From contig CM119267.1 of assembly GCA_051294375.1 (NCBI GenBank), positions 18,454,992 to 18,518,991 of the forward strand: 64,000 nucleotides of DNA, written 5' to 3'. Positions within the stretch are counted from its first letter, which is position 1; each line of letters starts with the position of its first letter. Positions 50,460 through 64,000 of this stretch are shown in pieces. Source of the DNA: Paraspadella gotoi (Eukaryota; Animalia; Chaetognatha). A model generated the notes under the pieces. The model ran no database searches and had not been told where the DNA came from. It saw nothing but the letters and a program-made list of their open reading frames with translations. The translations under genes were made by a program, and so were the position numbers.

Positions 50460-51965
50460 TCACGTTCCGTCCGTACCAGTTTTTATCATCCTCCTGCAGG
50501 AGGCGAGAAACAGTAAGAAAGCGAAATAAATAACTATAAAATAGCATGAATTCATACCTCGGTCCTCTGCCACCAGGGCCCTTTGGTTTGCTGAATGTCT
50601 TCTTCGACTTCTCTTCCAGCGGATGAAGAACGTCATCGAGGGCTTCCCGGGACACTTCGCTTCCGTTGTCAATCTCTAGTTTTTTTGAGACGACGATGCC
50701 CAATTCACCGGAAATAACGCTTTCGAGTAACGGATTCTTGGCGGATGAATACATCATACGTTCTTTAATCGGTGCGCCATATCCTGCGAAGGTTTTAAAA
50801 ATGATAAATAAAATTCACAGAACAAGAATTGTTTTAAAATTCATTCGCATTACCGAAGGAAAAAAATAAAGAAACTATACACCCTTTTAAAATGCTTGAA
50901 CAAACAAGGAAATTTACCGTTTTGTCCTGAACCAGTCCCTGCGTAAATATAAACCCTTTCAAAATACTTAAATAAGGAATCACCTATCCAAAAACCTAGA
51001 ATAACTTGCCTGGCATGGAATAAATAAACACAATAGCTTCCAAATCCTCGTTCTGAAAACGATGCCGATAGTTGAATAAATGAAAACGACCGTGGTCTTG
51101 AGGCACTTTGCCCGACAGGCTTTCGACGTCGATCGTTCCGTGCTCAGCCACATGGAACGTCTCCGAGGATGTGTCCAGCATCAGCTGGAGGTAATTTATA
51201 GAACCGTTTTTCAACGAGAGCAGTTTGTCCATCGCGTCCGCCGTTGGAGGAAAGGAGATGCCACCGGCCGCCTGATGCTTAGTATTAACGCCTACGGATA
51301 ATGCAGGATGAGAACGCAAAATTTGTCTAAGCGAGGCGAAATGGACTGCCCCCTCTACCTCGACCCAACTCTTATCTCAAACACACCGATGTCCGGATTC
51401 GCTTCGGCCTTTTTTATCTCTAGTTTGTCCTCTTCGGCCTCCGTGAGCGGAGCCGGGGCCTTTTCCGCCTCCAGCCATTCGCGAAATCCCTTCAACGAGG
51501 CGTCGGCACGATCGGTTACGAAGAGCTCGTGCTTGATGAGTCCGCCGCCGCCAAATTCTTTTTTGACGGAAGCGCGAGTCGCCGAGTAGAGCATCTTGAG
51601 TCGGACGGGCGACGAATCGGGTGACCAAGCGATGAAGAGCCATTCGTAGCCGAGATTGTTCATAGAATCCAGCCGATAGAGGATGTAGCAAGGAATGTCA
51701 TCTGGTCGTGAAAATAGGAGTCATACGTTAATTTTTTCCCTCGCCATTTAAAAACAACACTGAAAATTCTGTCCTCACCCAGGAGGCACAGGGAGATCAT
51801 GGGGTCAAAATCATCTTCCCAGCTGTCGCGGACGGATTCAACGCGGTCGGCAGAGACGGCGTTTTCGTTGATGCTCAATTTTATCAGACGAGTCTTGCCT
51901 CCTTTGGCCACGGCAAAAATTTTCTGCAAGTCTTCGTCCGGCAGAATTCCAGTTTGATGCGACAT
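50460..51965 (-). CDS. TWF1: twinfilin (two ADF-H domains)
   Basis: MSHQTGI; [27 protein letters not shown]; APLTEAEE; FIYSMPG; [11 protein letters not shown]; KKLEID; [11 protein letters not shown]. Confidence 0.93.
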
Positions 51966-54009
51966 TGTGCACCGACGGGATCTCAAGTTTTTTAAATTTT
52001 TTTTTTATTGCAACCAATGCTCCCAAATTATTTCGACTATCTGTACTTTTTATAAGGGAAAAAATTCAAGCGTTGAATCTTACTGATTAATCTTATTATT
52101 CTTACTTATTATCATTTTCTTGTGAGAAAGCGTTTTAATTATAAAATTATGGTTCCAGTTAAACAAATTACAGTTGCGTCTGGAGGGAAATTAACGATAG
52201 CGATAGAAATTTAATTAGATTTACTACTAGCTCAAATCTACGTAGAGTTTATGAATTTTTAAGAGAATAAATTCCATTCGTGGTATAAGAATACAGAACT
52301 CTTGATAACTCACAATTAGTAATCATCTAGTAATCCCAAATAATAGAAGGATTTTAAGAAACAAAATACAAAGAAATGTAAAAGAAAGAAAAAGCACAGA
52401 AATACAAAAATCAACATAAGCTGATTGATTTTCTGGCAAAAAGAATGTAAATTCATTCGAGTCCTTCAGCAGGAAAAACTGAAATATATGAATTTAAACC
52501 GTAACAAGTAACATACACGCAATATGTTAAAACTTGACAGAGTGAACTATCACAGTCTGATAGTCTCGACTGGAACAAAACATCAGGAAATATAGCTTTT
52601 CGTATATGTAACAAACTTCACAAGAAAACGGTGAAGAAATAAAAGATGGTTTCCTTCAGAATTGTTACTAAAGAGACGAAAAGCTCGTAAAATGTAAATA
52701 GTAATTAACCCCAATGGGTGACTAGTAGAGAAATGGTAAAAGTCATGTGGAAGATACAACAGTTGAGAAAAATGATTAAAATAGTTCAGCATTTGTAAGG
52801 AAAAAAAATTCAAGGACTTTCATTCGGCTACTATTAGAAAATCGTTCGAAATGCATCATAGGCTTTTAAGATTTGAAAACTACACAGCCTAAACGACAAA
52901 TCACTTAGATGCATGTGAATGATTAAAATCAAACTTGACTAGTCTTGGTCAACAGATTTGAAACAATCCTAAAGCGGTACAATCAAGTTATTAAGAATGA
53001 TAGAATTTAAGCCTCATTGACCGGGATTGAATCAATAAGAAAAATATTCTTAAAATGTAGCAACAGGAGTGAAAAATTCCTCAGCTTCCACCTAAAGGAG
53101 AATTTAATAATAGCTGTTATCGCTACTCTAGTCTGGGTCACGTTTCGATTTTTAAAGCAGATCTTTTAAAGCAGAATCTAGAGCTACAGTCCCCTATCAA
53201 TCTAGAGATGCGCAGCTCAGGAATTCCCACGGATTAAAAACAAAAACAAAACAATTGCAATATTTTCCACTGATGATGCGTACGATTTGAAAAACGCATA
53301 CGTATATATATCATCTTATACGTACAAAACGATGTTTTCACTGTGCTATACCATCAACAAGTTGAAAGGAAGGCAGTGAACAGGCTATACAAAGGAACAA
53401 TGGTATGAGAGCGAATAACCTCGACAAAGCAGTTCAAAAGCATGTGCCTGAATCTGATTTCCATGTAGAGTGCAAAGAAAGTTCTTTAAAAAAAACTTGT
53501 TTTCATTGGTTTTAATCAAAGTTGAACTAATTTTAGATTAATTTAAAACTTTAATATTTTATTCTTAGAATGGTTCGCAACGTTCAACTTTATAGTCCCT
53601 TACCTAAATCAATGAAGCAAATTTTAAAAGCGAAGGATGAAAGGCGAAAAAAGCATAATAAAGAGTTATATCAGTTCTACTAAAGAATTAATAAAGCCAC
53701 AATTTTTGTTTCAGACAGATAATCTAGTAATTTATTAGCAAAACTGCTAATTGAGGATAAAGAAACAAGTACATATAATTATAAATGACGATGCAATCAA
53801 TAATAAAGATAGCAACGTTAAAATATACATGCATTTGACATTTTCTTATATGTAACTCGTTTGTTAATCTCCTCGTCTCCTATTATTGTTAACCGAAAAT
53901 TTGAGTTTCTCAAGGTTTCACTAATAAATTCGTTAAGAATAGAAATGAGAAAAGAAAAACGGGATGGGAAAAACAACAGGACAAAATATCACAGTGAATG
54001 TATTGCTCC

Positions 54010-55206
54010 CTACTTTGCAACGGACTGTTGTTGTTGTTGCTGCTCCTGCTGCTGATAACCATAACTTTGGGTCATAGGATAGGGGTATCCACGGCCGTAC
54101 TGCAGCCCGTATTGCGGACTGTATGAATCGTAGTAATAGTTGTGATAGTAGCCGGGATAGCCACCGCCGCCTCCATTAGCGACGTATGACCAATGCGGGT
54201 CGTAGTAATAGGAAGAGTACCCGCCCCAACCGCCCCTGCCGCGTCCACGCGACCCGCCCCGGAAGCCGCGCCAGTAACCCGGCTCTCCAGTCCAAGCGCG
54301 AGGGTCGTCTTTCGGAATCGCTTTCTTCACGTCGCACTTCTTTTCGGCCAACGTTTGCTTGGACTCTGCGGCGGCTTTGTCGCATGCTTCCGCATCGACG
54401 AAGGTCACGAAACAAAATCCTGAGGAAAGATCTTTCAATAGATAGGCAGGAGCGCAATTTCTGATCTGGCAAAATTCAAAAACCCAACTGGGGGTCTCTG
54501 GACGTTGCATTGGCAAAAGGTAACGGCATAAACAGTTGGAAAAAAAATGCTTCCCAACCTTTCCGCTCGTTCTTCAGTTTGTTGAAGGGAAACTCGATTT
54601 CGGCGACTTCGCCGAACTTTTCAAAGTGTGCCCGTATCTCCTCTTCGGGAACGTCAACGGCCACGCCGCCGACGAATACCTTCCGCACGGGTTCTTTACC
54701 CCCGCGAGCCTCGGCCCGTTTCGGGTCGATCTTCTTGTTATTGAGCGAATGAGTCGGGGCGAGCAGCACATCCTTCACCGAACCTTCATCCTCGAACAGT
54801 ACGAAGCTAAAAGAGGCAAAAATTTGGTTGATTAAACTTCAGCGCCCCTAAACTAGAGCCAACTCCATAATAAGCCAGACCCGAATCCTCTAGAACGGCC
54901 CATGAAATCGGTCTTGATGGTGACTTCTTTGATACCCCCGAATTTCTCGAAGTACTCCTGAAGTTCGGCGATGGTCGTTTCCCAACTCAACCCGCCGATG
55001 AACATTTTTCGTGCATCGTCTTCGTCCTTCGTGGAATCAATGGTGTCGCGACCTGAAAAATCGAACGGGGGCGTCTTACTATCGATGGCCTCATATAGTA
55101 GACCACATTGCTCAATCTTACCATCGTCGGCAGCTTTATTGCCGAGGTCCTCGACACCAGTCTCCGTGGGAGGCACTTCGTCGGAATTCGGGGAAGGCTT
55201 AGACAT
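54010..55206 (-). CDS. hnRNP A/B-D (squid-like): two RRMs plus Gly/Tyr-rich tail
   Basis: KMFIGGLSWETT..RSRGFG; H.LNNKKIDPKRA; KVFVGG..GFCFVTF..CDVKKA; RGG/Y-rich C-terminus. Confidence 0.9.
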
Positions 55207-55520
55207 AGTTTTAACCCTTTAACGTGCTACACTTAGGCTTTACAAATTTAAAAGTTTATACAAACTGCGAAGCGTTTTAACCTACAAGATATGAAAAAAA
55301 AAATCTGTCAATGTGATACAGAGGCGAAGGAAAATAATTTTAACGGCCTGTATGAAAAGACGGAAAAACTGGTTGCTTAAAAATGGAGATAATGTGGCTA
55401 CGTAGCCACAATAACAAATTAAAAGTTTCAAAATAATAATGCCTGCCCATTTGCTCAGTGTTTGTATTTTTTTTTTCCAAATTGATAATTTGCTGCTTAT
55501 CACGGAAATCGCTTCCAAGT

Positions 55521-56261
55521 TTATTGCTTTTTGGATTTAGACATGATCCCATCGTACTTAGACTTGGAGTTGTACCAGAGCGCGAAGGGTATCATTAACG
55601 ACGGGGTCGTCATAACGGCGAAAGCGATCCAGTCAAGAACGTGTGGAGAAAATTTTCGGTCAAACGCCTTGAACGACATTATCCCTCCCTCTCCGGGGCC
55701 GCTGGTGTACCCGACAGTGTGTTCGCTGGCGTCTTCGGAAGCTAAATAGCTGGACATCGCATAATAGTATAGTTTTAATTTTTTTTTTAAACAGAGGCCA
55801 CAAACCAACAAAAACAACATCCCAGTAATTAATGATCATAAAAATTACCTAACTTCCGCCGGGGTGAAATTGAAGTAGCCGCTCTTGATCGGCTTCAGCA
55901 CGGCCGCATGGGTGACGTTTGCTCCAGGAGCGATTCTCTCCCACTTCACGTCAAGTTTTCCGTGGTGAAGCTCGAAGTCCTCTTTCGGGAAGGAGGTGTC
56001 GACGAGCGAAACGTCCAGCGCCGCGCTGTCGCCCACATTGTAGAGACTGAGAATGAGAAAAAATGATGACAAGTCAATCAGATGTCAGAAAGAAAACTAG
56101 CAAACTCACCTGTATTCAACCGTAAGGTCCTTATTTTCTACGAGGTACAAGTTGACGATGCTCTTGACCGCGAGAATCCGAGCACCACCGGCCTCCAATT
56201 CGCCCGCTACCAACAAAAACCCCCCGATAAAAGTGAGGGCAAAGAAAAATTTTAAATTCAT
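55521..56261 (-). CDS. SSR2: translocon-associated protein beta (TRAP-beta)
   Basis: Signal peptide [11 protein letters not shown]; [49 protein letters not shown]; [32 protein letters not shown]. Confidence 0.94.
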
Positions 56262-56512
56262 TTTTGTCTAGAGTTAAGTTTGTCCCAAAAGTAAGTCCCA
56301 AAGTAGTTTTTGAGATCGTGAGTTCTAAATAAAAAAAAACCAAACTTAACAATTTTAAACAAAATTCCCCAGAAACGTATTCATTTGTCATGATTGAATA
56401 GGCGCAAATAATTTTTAAAAAATTCCATCATTTCCTCAAATCATTCATTCATTGACATTGATAAATTAAAAGAAATAGCACCGGCCAAAACTGATCAACA
56501 GGCAAAAACTGA

Positions 56513-58080
56513 TCAACCACCAATAAGAATCATTGGTCTGTTTTTCTGCTGAGCGATGTTGAACATGCCGGCGTGTCGAGCTTTCTTCCGCTTCACCGCT
56601 TCTCTCACAATCATCTCCAACTCCTCTTTCGAATTCCCACAACGAAGCGCGTCACGAAGGGAGACTTCGCTAGCGCCGAAGAGGCAGACTTTAAGATTTC
56701 CTGACAACAAAAAATCGAATAATAACATTTAATAATAATAATAATAACATTTAACGGTTAATAAAGAGAAATCGATGCGCTTACCGTCAGCGGTGAGCCG
56801 TAACCGGGAGCACGAACCGCAAAAATGTTCACTCATAGAGGTGATGAAGCCGACGCGACCTTTAAACCCGGGAACGCGCCATGCCTTTGAGGTAGCGTCG
56901 ATGGCGTCTTCTTTCGCGGCGCGATCAAACTCCGGATACTTGGAACGAATGGATGACACCGCTTCGACATATCTGAGAATGAAAAAAAGACCTTTTGATT
57001 TTTTTTTTTATTCAGCTACTATACTCTACGTTTCCAACGATTCGCTTACGAGATAAACTTGTTAAAGTTCCACTTGTTCCCATCGAACGGCATGTATTCG
57101 ATAAAACGGACGTCAATGTCCAAGTCTCGCGTCAACTCCACGAACTCTGACAATTCGTCGTCGTTCAAACCCCTCATCAAAACGCAGTTAATTTTCACCG
57201 GGGAAAAGCCGGCCTCTGGTTACAAAAGTTATCCACAATTTACTATTTAAGATTTGATGTTGGATAAATACAATAAATTCATTCAATTAGGGTTTTATAA
57301 GATTAAGTAAATATATTCAGATAAGATACTAACGAAACAAAATTCCCATGCCTTTAATAGAAATATTCACACAATTTTCAGCAATTTACCAAGGGAACGA
57401 TGAATGGCTGCCATTGCCTTGTGCCATCCAGGCCGTCGGGTAATAAACTCGAACTTCTTGGGTTGCAGAGTGTCAAGGCTAATGTTGATGGCGTTGAGTC
57501 CCGCATCTTGAAGGCGGGAAAGGCGTTTCGTCGAAAGTGCCATTCCATTTGTTGTGATGCCTAAAACGAGGACCTAAAAAAGATTAAAAGAAAACCAATC
57601 AAGACCCACGCTTGAACTTTGCTACGTGGTATGGAGAAAGCGCACCTTTCGCCCCAACTCGCTCACAATGACATCAATGTCGGGTCGAACCAAAGGTTCA
57701 CCACCCGTAAGGCGAATCTTATTGACGCCATTGTCCACGAAAAGTGAGCCTAGTTTGACGATCTCCTCCGTCGTCAAAAGATCTTGGCGTTTGGAAAGGT
57801 CGACGCCATCCTCGGGCATGCAGTATTGACATCGGAGATTGCATTTTTCCGTTAACGATATCCGCAGGTAATTGTGAACTCGGCCGTGGGTGTCGACGAG
57901 AGGATTCGCCAGGGGTTCGTGAAGACGGTTCAGAGAATGCCCTGCGGGGGCTGGGCGGTCGGCGAAATAACGGAGAGTGGGGACAGACAGTTTTCTCAAT
58001 GTTGGGTGCAGGAGATGGAGGGGAAAGATAGCCAGTCCGTTCGCCGACGGACGAGCGTATAAACGGGGATAAAGCGTCAT
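56513..58080 (-). CDS. MOCS1: molybdenum cofactor biosynthesis protein MOCS1A (MoaA-type radical SAM GTP 3',8-cyclase)
   Basis: [17 protein letters not shown]; KIRLTGGEP; GITTNG; [13 protein letters not shown]; [22 protein letters not shown]; C-terminal RPMILIGG*. Confidence 0.94.
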
Positions 58081-58718
58081 TGTTGAATTTCAGCATTTTG
58101 TTCTCCCCACTGCTCAGAGGAATGTGAGAGAAAAGACGGGAAAGTATTAAAAAAGGACGTAAATCGAAAAACAGCTTTTAAATAAATGATTTATCAACTT
58201 TAGAGATAGATGTGAAAACGTACGTAATGAGACCGAAAGTAAATTATTTTAAACTAAAATCAAAATTAAAAGATTTATTAATGCGTATGTAACTATGTAG
58301 AATTAGTTCACCTTATATTGTGTTTTGGACGAAGACAAATTAAAAGATAAAACATGCAAAATTGAGGCTTCCTTCACAGAAGCAATACTACGCAAAAGCG
58401 GACTTTAATCGGTGAATTGTTGGTACTTAAATAGAGCCTATAATAATGACAAAATAAAAAACACCTATGATAGCATATAAAATATTGACGCGACAATAAA
58501 TCGTCAATGTGTTCAGCATGGCCATTTGAACAATTCTTCGAAAGAGATCATCATAACACTGACTGGCTTCACGACTTTTTATGAGAGGAACCTACTTGAA
58601 AAAGGCACCGTCATCACGGTCAAACCTGCATCTGTCTATTAATTTTTGAACAAAATACTTCTACTATTGTTTAGTAAACAGTTTACATATTGTGTTGCAT
58701 CCAAAAATCTCGTGACGG

Positions 58719-61019
58719 CTACCACAAATGAGTCTCTCGAACTTCGCTAATAATATGACTGGCTTTTTGCAACGCTTGCAGCATTTCCGCGGCTTCTTTT
58801 CGCCTCTGCGCAATGTGCGACGACTCTTTCACAAGCGTTTCTATCTCCGTCTGTTTGTACAACTGACCAACGAGTTCGCTTTGAAGATTGTCTTTTATGA
58901 AGTTGACCAAGAAATGCATGATCGCTTTAGGCACCGAGTCCTGAATGCTTTTTCTGACGATGTTAAAATAGCATTTAATGAGACGCTCAATGACCTCGCA
59001 ATCCCGGGCTTCCCGAGGCGAAAGTCGACGCGTGGCGGCGATCGGCATTTCGTAGTTGAGGAAATTGACGGGCTTGTCGGCGGAAGACATTAGACTGCCG
59101 TGCGGCTTGAGATGACGAGGGGAATTGACCGGGGACAAGCCTCCAGCGGGAGTGGCGGATTGCGACGAAGCGACGGCGAGATTCTTGTTTTCAGCTTCAG
59201 TTTCCGCGGACTCGGGGGCGTCGCCAGATTTGCCTATCGGAGACGTGTCTTTGTTTTCTTTGCTTTCTTTAGGCGCATCCCCAGCGGGATTTTTCAGCCC
59301 GTTGGTCTTGACCCAGTTCGAAAGTTTCCAACTACCTTCGGTGGCGGCGTTCTTCGGATCGTTAAGGGTCTCGCGCGGCAGACCGTGATCGTTTGAGCTC
59401 TTGTGATGACGCCCGATGCTGGGGTCACGAGAACCTCCGTGCAAAGACAAACCTCCAAGTTGCATGCTCTCCGTCAATGACTTGTGGACCGTCGCTCCTT
59501 CGATGAAGTCCGGATGCTTGGTGTTGATGTACGACAGTTCGATGGACACAAGATTTTCGACCATGGAATTGGTCGGCGGCAATCTCCTTCGGAGCAGCGC
59601 GGTCACCACGTCGACGGTTCGCTCATGCAGCTTGGGAAAGCGCAGCATTTCCTGCGTCACCGTGGCGCCGCAGTGCTGAATGATGCGCTGCATCTCCTCG
59701 TGGACAAGTTCAACGCAGCGGAGACTCGGTTCTTCCAGCCTTCTGATTTGCCGTTTGACTAAGAGTTCAAAGGATACTTCGGGCACGAAAAGCGCCGGGC
59801 GCGGACCCGTGGCGTTGCGAATCGCCGTCAAGATGTCGAGTTGCGTCAGTCCGCCCAAGGGATCGATGGAGTCGAGGGCGCGGCCAAAGGTTTCGTGGAA
59901 GATGTAACAAATGCGGGCGCCGCCGCAGAGCTCCGTCGTTTCAATATTCTTCGCCGTGCCTTCGATGGTGGCGCAATAAGCGGCGGCAAACTTTGTGATT
60001 ATTTGGAGGAGCAGCTGCGCCGGGTCTTCCACGGGTTCGCCGAAGGAATTCAACAGAGACTGAAACTGACTGGCCATGAGGTTGACTCGCGTCTTCAACT
60101 CTGGCAGACAATCGCGAATGTGGTGCATCAAGAGGCGATTTAAAGTTTTCGACAAATAGGGCGTTCCATTTCTCGAGGCCAACGTCGGGTACTTCTTTTG
60201 CAGGTAATTTTGTTCAGCCCGGAGGGCATCCTCGATGGTTTTGCTTTGGTTGATGTCGAGCTGACTTCGGTTCACCACTCCGATGATTCCCAGCTTGACC
60301 GGAATCACGCGTCCCGTGAGGACGTCGACGGCGTCCGTCCCGGCGTCCATGAGATCCAGTTTGGTAATGACGGCCAGAGTGCGACGACCGTCTGGGTCCA
60401 CGTCCCGTGCCATCTTGATCGCTTCGCTGGTGGCCATGTCCGTGTTAGCCGCGGTGATGGCAAGAATGATGGAGTTTGGGTTAGAAATATATTGGAAGAG
60501 CAAATCGCGAATTTGCTTTTCGATGTCCTCCGGCTGATCACCGACGGGCACCTTCGTCATGCCCGGCAAGTCGACCAAGGTGAGATTGACGACTTTGTCG
60601 GAGTAGATTTTAAGGTGGATAGGCTCCGGCGAAATTCCCTTGTTGTCTCCGCCGAGGCGCGACGTTTCCGCCTCGATCTCCGCGCGAATCTCGTCGAAAT
60701 CGGTAAACAGTTTGTTCTTCGTGTGGAGAAATTTGCCCCATTCCGTCACGTGACCGGGCACTCCTTCCTCGGAGAACCGACTCTTGTCATCTCGATCCGA
60801 CGCGTTCTTCACGTAGAGCAACTGCAGGATGAGCGGTCTTCGAGTCACAATGCCGGATCCCCTGGGAAGGAAGTCTTTGCCCACGATGTTCTCCAGAACG
60901 GAGGATTTTCCGCAACTTTGCGAACCGATGACGACGATTTGTGGAAGATGAATGACGTCGGAGCCCACCGTTGCAAAAACCTCTTGCAGCTTGTTGATGA
61001 CTGGAATGAGGGCATCCAT
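58719..61019 (-). CDS. DNM1L: dynamin-related protein 1 (mitochondrial fission GTPase), single coding exon
   Basis: [29 protein letters not shown]; [10 protein letters not shown]; [17 protein letters not shown]; ends EVRETHLW. Confidence 0.96.
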   Translation of the reverse strand: MDALIPVINKLQEVFATVGSDVIHLPQIVVIGSQSCGKSSVLENIVGKDFLPRGSGIVTRRPLILQLLYVKNASDRDDKSRFSEEGVPGHVTEWGKFLHTKNKLFTDFDEIRAEIEAETSRLGGDNKGISPEPIHLKIYSDKVVNLTLVDLPGMTKVPVGDQPEDIEKQIRDLLFQYISNPNSIILAITAANTDMATSEAIKMARDVDPDGRRTLAVITKLDLMDAGTDAVDVLTGRVIPVKLGIIGVVNRSQLDINQSKTIEDALRAEQNYLQKKYPTLASRNGTPYLSKTLNRLLMHHIRDCLPELKTRVNLMASQFQSLLNSFGEPVEDPAQLLLQIITKFAAAYCATIEGTAKNIETTELCGGARICYIFHETFGRALDSIDPLGGLTQLDILTAIRNATGPRPALFVPEVSFELLVKRQIRRLEEPSLRCVELVHEEMQRIIQHCGATVTQEMLRFPKLHERTVDVVTALLRRRLPPTNSMVENLVSIELSYINTKHPDFIEGATVHKSLTESMQLGGLSLHGGSRDPSIGRHHKSSNDHGLPRETLNDPKNAATEGSWKLSNWVKTNGLKNPAGDAPKESKENKDTSPIGKSGDAPESAETEAENKNLAVASSQSATPAGGLSPVNSPRHLKPHGSLMSSADKPVNFLNYEMPIAATRRLSPREARDCEVIERLIKCYFNIVRKSIQDSVPKAIMHFLVNFIKDNLQSELVGQLYKQTEIETLVKESSHIAQRRKEAAEMLQALQKASHIISEVRETHLW

Positions 61020-63366
61020 TGCCGGTTTCGGGCTATTTGCTTTGTATATTCGATGCTTACGGGATTTATTAAATCTGCAAAACAAAATCTATTATTTTAA
61101 AGGAATACAAAGAGTTGATGAAATCGAACAAAAAATTTTTGAATGAATTCAATTGATAATCGACGTTGCAAATAAAAATAAATAGTTTTGATTTACAAAG
61201 TAAAATATAAGCTATGAAATTGCAATTTTATCTTAGAAGTAATTTTTAAACCGTCGGAAGAGAAAAGAACGCAGTGTAAATCGGCGTGCTAAGACTTCCA
61301 ACAATCATATGATCGTGGCCAACATGAAGTGCCATTTTGTTGACGTGTTGCTTACAGAGGAAACGATTGGGCCACTCCTAACCTGAAGGGGGAAATTTTG
61401 AATCGCCGCAAAATGTCACTTTTCAAAACTTACTTTGAACCAAATAAAAAAATAAAACAAAAAGGAGATAATTTTAATTTTTAGGGCTATAATTTCAGAA
61501 GCTAAATAGATGAATGAATAATGAATAATTTGTTAAAATTATAATTAGAGTGAGCATGGGAAAAGAATTGAATCAGAAACATGCTTCCGTTACTTTTAAA
61601 TCTTGTACCATGTTGTTTCTTCAGTTTCCAGTGAATCAGCTCTGACGATCGCTTAATATTAATTAATACAGGTTAATTACAATGTTAATTCCGAATTAAG
61701 GTTTGATTTGACAGTAGCTTTTGTTTTTCTTTGAATTTGAATGAAACTGCCATCTCATGAAGAACCTTTCAAAGCTGGCAGTTACTACTTTCAAAGTGCG
61801 AAAAACAAAAGATCTGCTGGGATGAAAACTAATTTTCATTCGCAGATGAAAGAAATTATTTCATTGGTTATTAAAAGTTTTTATAAGTTGCTTCATTAAT
61901 TGTATTTTAATTTAATTTTTCCAAAACAAAATACATCAAAACTTAAAACATTTATTTTAGTACCTGGCTCATTCTACAAAATATTTCATAAATTTCAAAA
62001 ATATAAAACAAAACGCATTACAAAACTATTATAATTAATAATTAAATAATTATCCCACCACTGAAGTACCCTCGGGCTCGCCAGGTCGATAAGATTCGAA
62101 AAACAACCTGTCACGATTTTATTTTAATAAAATTGGCGGCTAAATTTAGCACATGATGCGGCGATCTCCGCCAGAGTTAAGGCTTCACTTAAGAACTTGT
62201 TATTTCGGCAATCTCTTTATAGTTTATTTGCAGGTTCGTTTCTTTTACTTTTTACGATCATATTATTGGCGGTCGACATCCGGGAGGTAATCACTATTTT
62301 GCATATTTCTGGTAAATAATTGTTATGTTCGTTTTCCAAGAGCTACCTATTTTCAGTGTTGGTTTACATATAGCTGAGTGTGAGATACAGGGACTTCAAT
62401 CTGGGTCGATACGAAAAGACTTGATTAAACTCCTAATTTTTTTACAGTATATTATTTTTATATTTATTAATAAGAATACTATTTGATATTTATGTTGACC
62501 TAAAAAATGTTATAATTTCTTATTAGTATAATCAGTGCCTCTCAAGCGCGGAATCACTTTTTTCATTTTATCGTCCAAATTTTAATAGTTTTTAACAATT
62601 TAATAATTCTTAATATTGATTCTAAAGTTATCTGATATAAAAAAAAAAAATGGTGATAAAAAGTTAGTTTAGTGTTTGGTTATAATAAAAAATTTTTTAT
62701 GTAAAACCTAACTTATTTATTATGTTAACTATTATTTATTATTTTTTTCCCCAAACTGAAATTTTTATTTTTAATAAATTTTAAAGGGTAAACGTGATGA
62801 TTATTATCAAGTATTATTCATATTAAAATTTTTTCAGAAATGTACCCTCTGAGGAAAATGTTTATAATAGAGCAACTATCATAGCTAGAATGTTACGAAT
62901 TAGTAGGAAAAAAGTCAAATATTTTCTTATTAGTACGAAAAAATTTTATAACCTGATTGCTCCTTGTTTTAATTTTATTCAAAGTTTTTTCGTATCAGTC
63001 CAGATTGAAGTTCCTGTATATTCTTGACACATAAATGTACAGTAATTGTTGAATACAAAAGCTATTTCCATTTGCTAAATACACTCGTTGATTGAAGTTA
63101 TTACTGTAACTTTTTGCTTAACTGGATTTAAAAAAAAATAATTTTCAAAAAATAGATAAAACGACAAGAAAAGTACTGAAATTTAATACTATGAAAAAAA
63201 CAATTTGGCAAACTCCCACGTCATAGTTTTTAGTCATTCAAATATGCTTTCACGCAATGAACGAATGAGTTTCATCGACGTGACCAACTTTAAAATCGTG
63301 ACTGAAGCCTTCGGTGAAGGGTGAGTCTGAATCACTTCGGAAAAGATCACCCGGCCAAAAGATATC

Positions 63367-63376
63367 NNNNNNNNNN
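63367..63376. other. assembly gap (10 N)
   Basis: Run of n characters. Confidence 0.99.
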
Positions 63377-64000
63377 CTTGATAATAAAAGAAGAGATCTT
63401 GAGGTTTCCGTTTTCCTTGAACAATTTCCCCTTCTGGTTTTCAACGACGAAATCGATTTGTTTTGGCCGTCGAATACAAAGTTTTGAAGGTCGAATCTCT
63501 CTCTCTCTCTCTCTATCTCATTTTTTTGTTTCTTACACTCTTTGATGGATGGACTTTCGACGATTCGAAGGTTTTCCTCTCGAGATAGAGATTTTGCTGA
63601 TGTTGATGTAGACGTTTTTTTTTTCAAAACTTTCTTCCGGCGGAAGTGGCTATGATTCATTCTCGACAAGGAGTCTCATCATCATCTGGCCCTTCGATCC
63701 GTCCGCCCACGCGTCGGAAACCTTACATGTCCGAAAAAAAGTAAATAAATATGAAAAAAAAAAATCCAGAGATCCGCTTCCGGCGGACCGCAGCAGCCCC
63801 ACGATAAGATAGAAAAAACACGAACGCCTTCGCTTCATTTTCTATCCTTTTGCCGCTGCAAACCGCTGCAGACAGCCGTCGGACGCGGCAGAGCCTGACG
63901 TCACCTGTTTGAAAGTCGTGAAGCGGACTTGACGTCACGAATATCTAATTTCTAAATTTTATCAAGTATCAAGTGTAATTGTAACTCTGATTCTTGTCGC

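Noticed and set aside
58728-61100. Long plus-strand ORFs (e.g. 60198-61100, 300 aa)
   Set aside because: Antisense shadows of GC-rich DRP1 codons; the same applies to plus-strand ORFs over ZO-1, vigilin and FNIP.
62060-62420. GC-richer patches, possibly repeat or tRNA-like remnants
   Set aside because: No convincing boxes, termini or second copy in the window.
63250-63938. Possible 3' exons of a further minus-strand gene
   Set aside because: No recognisable protein motif; interrupted by an N gap and low-complexity sequence.

Overview
AT-rich, compact animal (invertebrate-type) genomic DNA with GT-AG introns. Thirteen recognisable protein-coding genes all lie on the minus strand. In window order they are a cyclophilin, ZO-1/Polychaetoid with an N-terminal CARD and coiled coil, vigilin, an intronless FBXO21-like gene, PBZ-HPF1, FNIP, ORAI, DNAJB12/14, twinfilin, hnRNP A/B-D, SSR2, a stand-alone MOCS1A and an intronless DRP1. 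Several are only 250-650 bp apart, which is operon-like. The most striking non-coding signal is three sequence-distinct families of short repeats sharing one architecture: a tRNA-like Pol III head (A/B box) followed immediately by a circularly permuted (type-P5) twister-ribozyme fold, with compensatory changes in the pseudoknot between families. One family sits inside short TIRs with TA flanks and is nested in a larger MITE. The window also has minimal Penelope-type hammerhead ribozymes (including a head-to-head palindrome), Helentron/HINE-like elements, a tandem duplication, microsatellites and one 10-N gap. All calls were made by eye. Gene spans run from start to stop and include introns.
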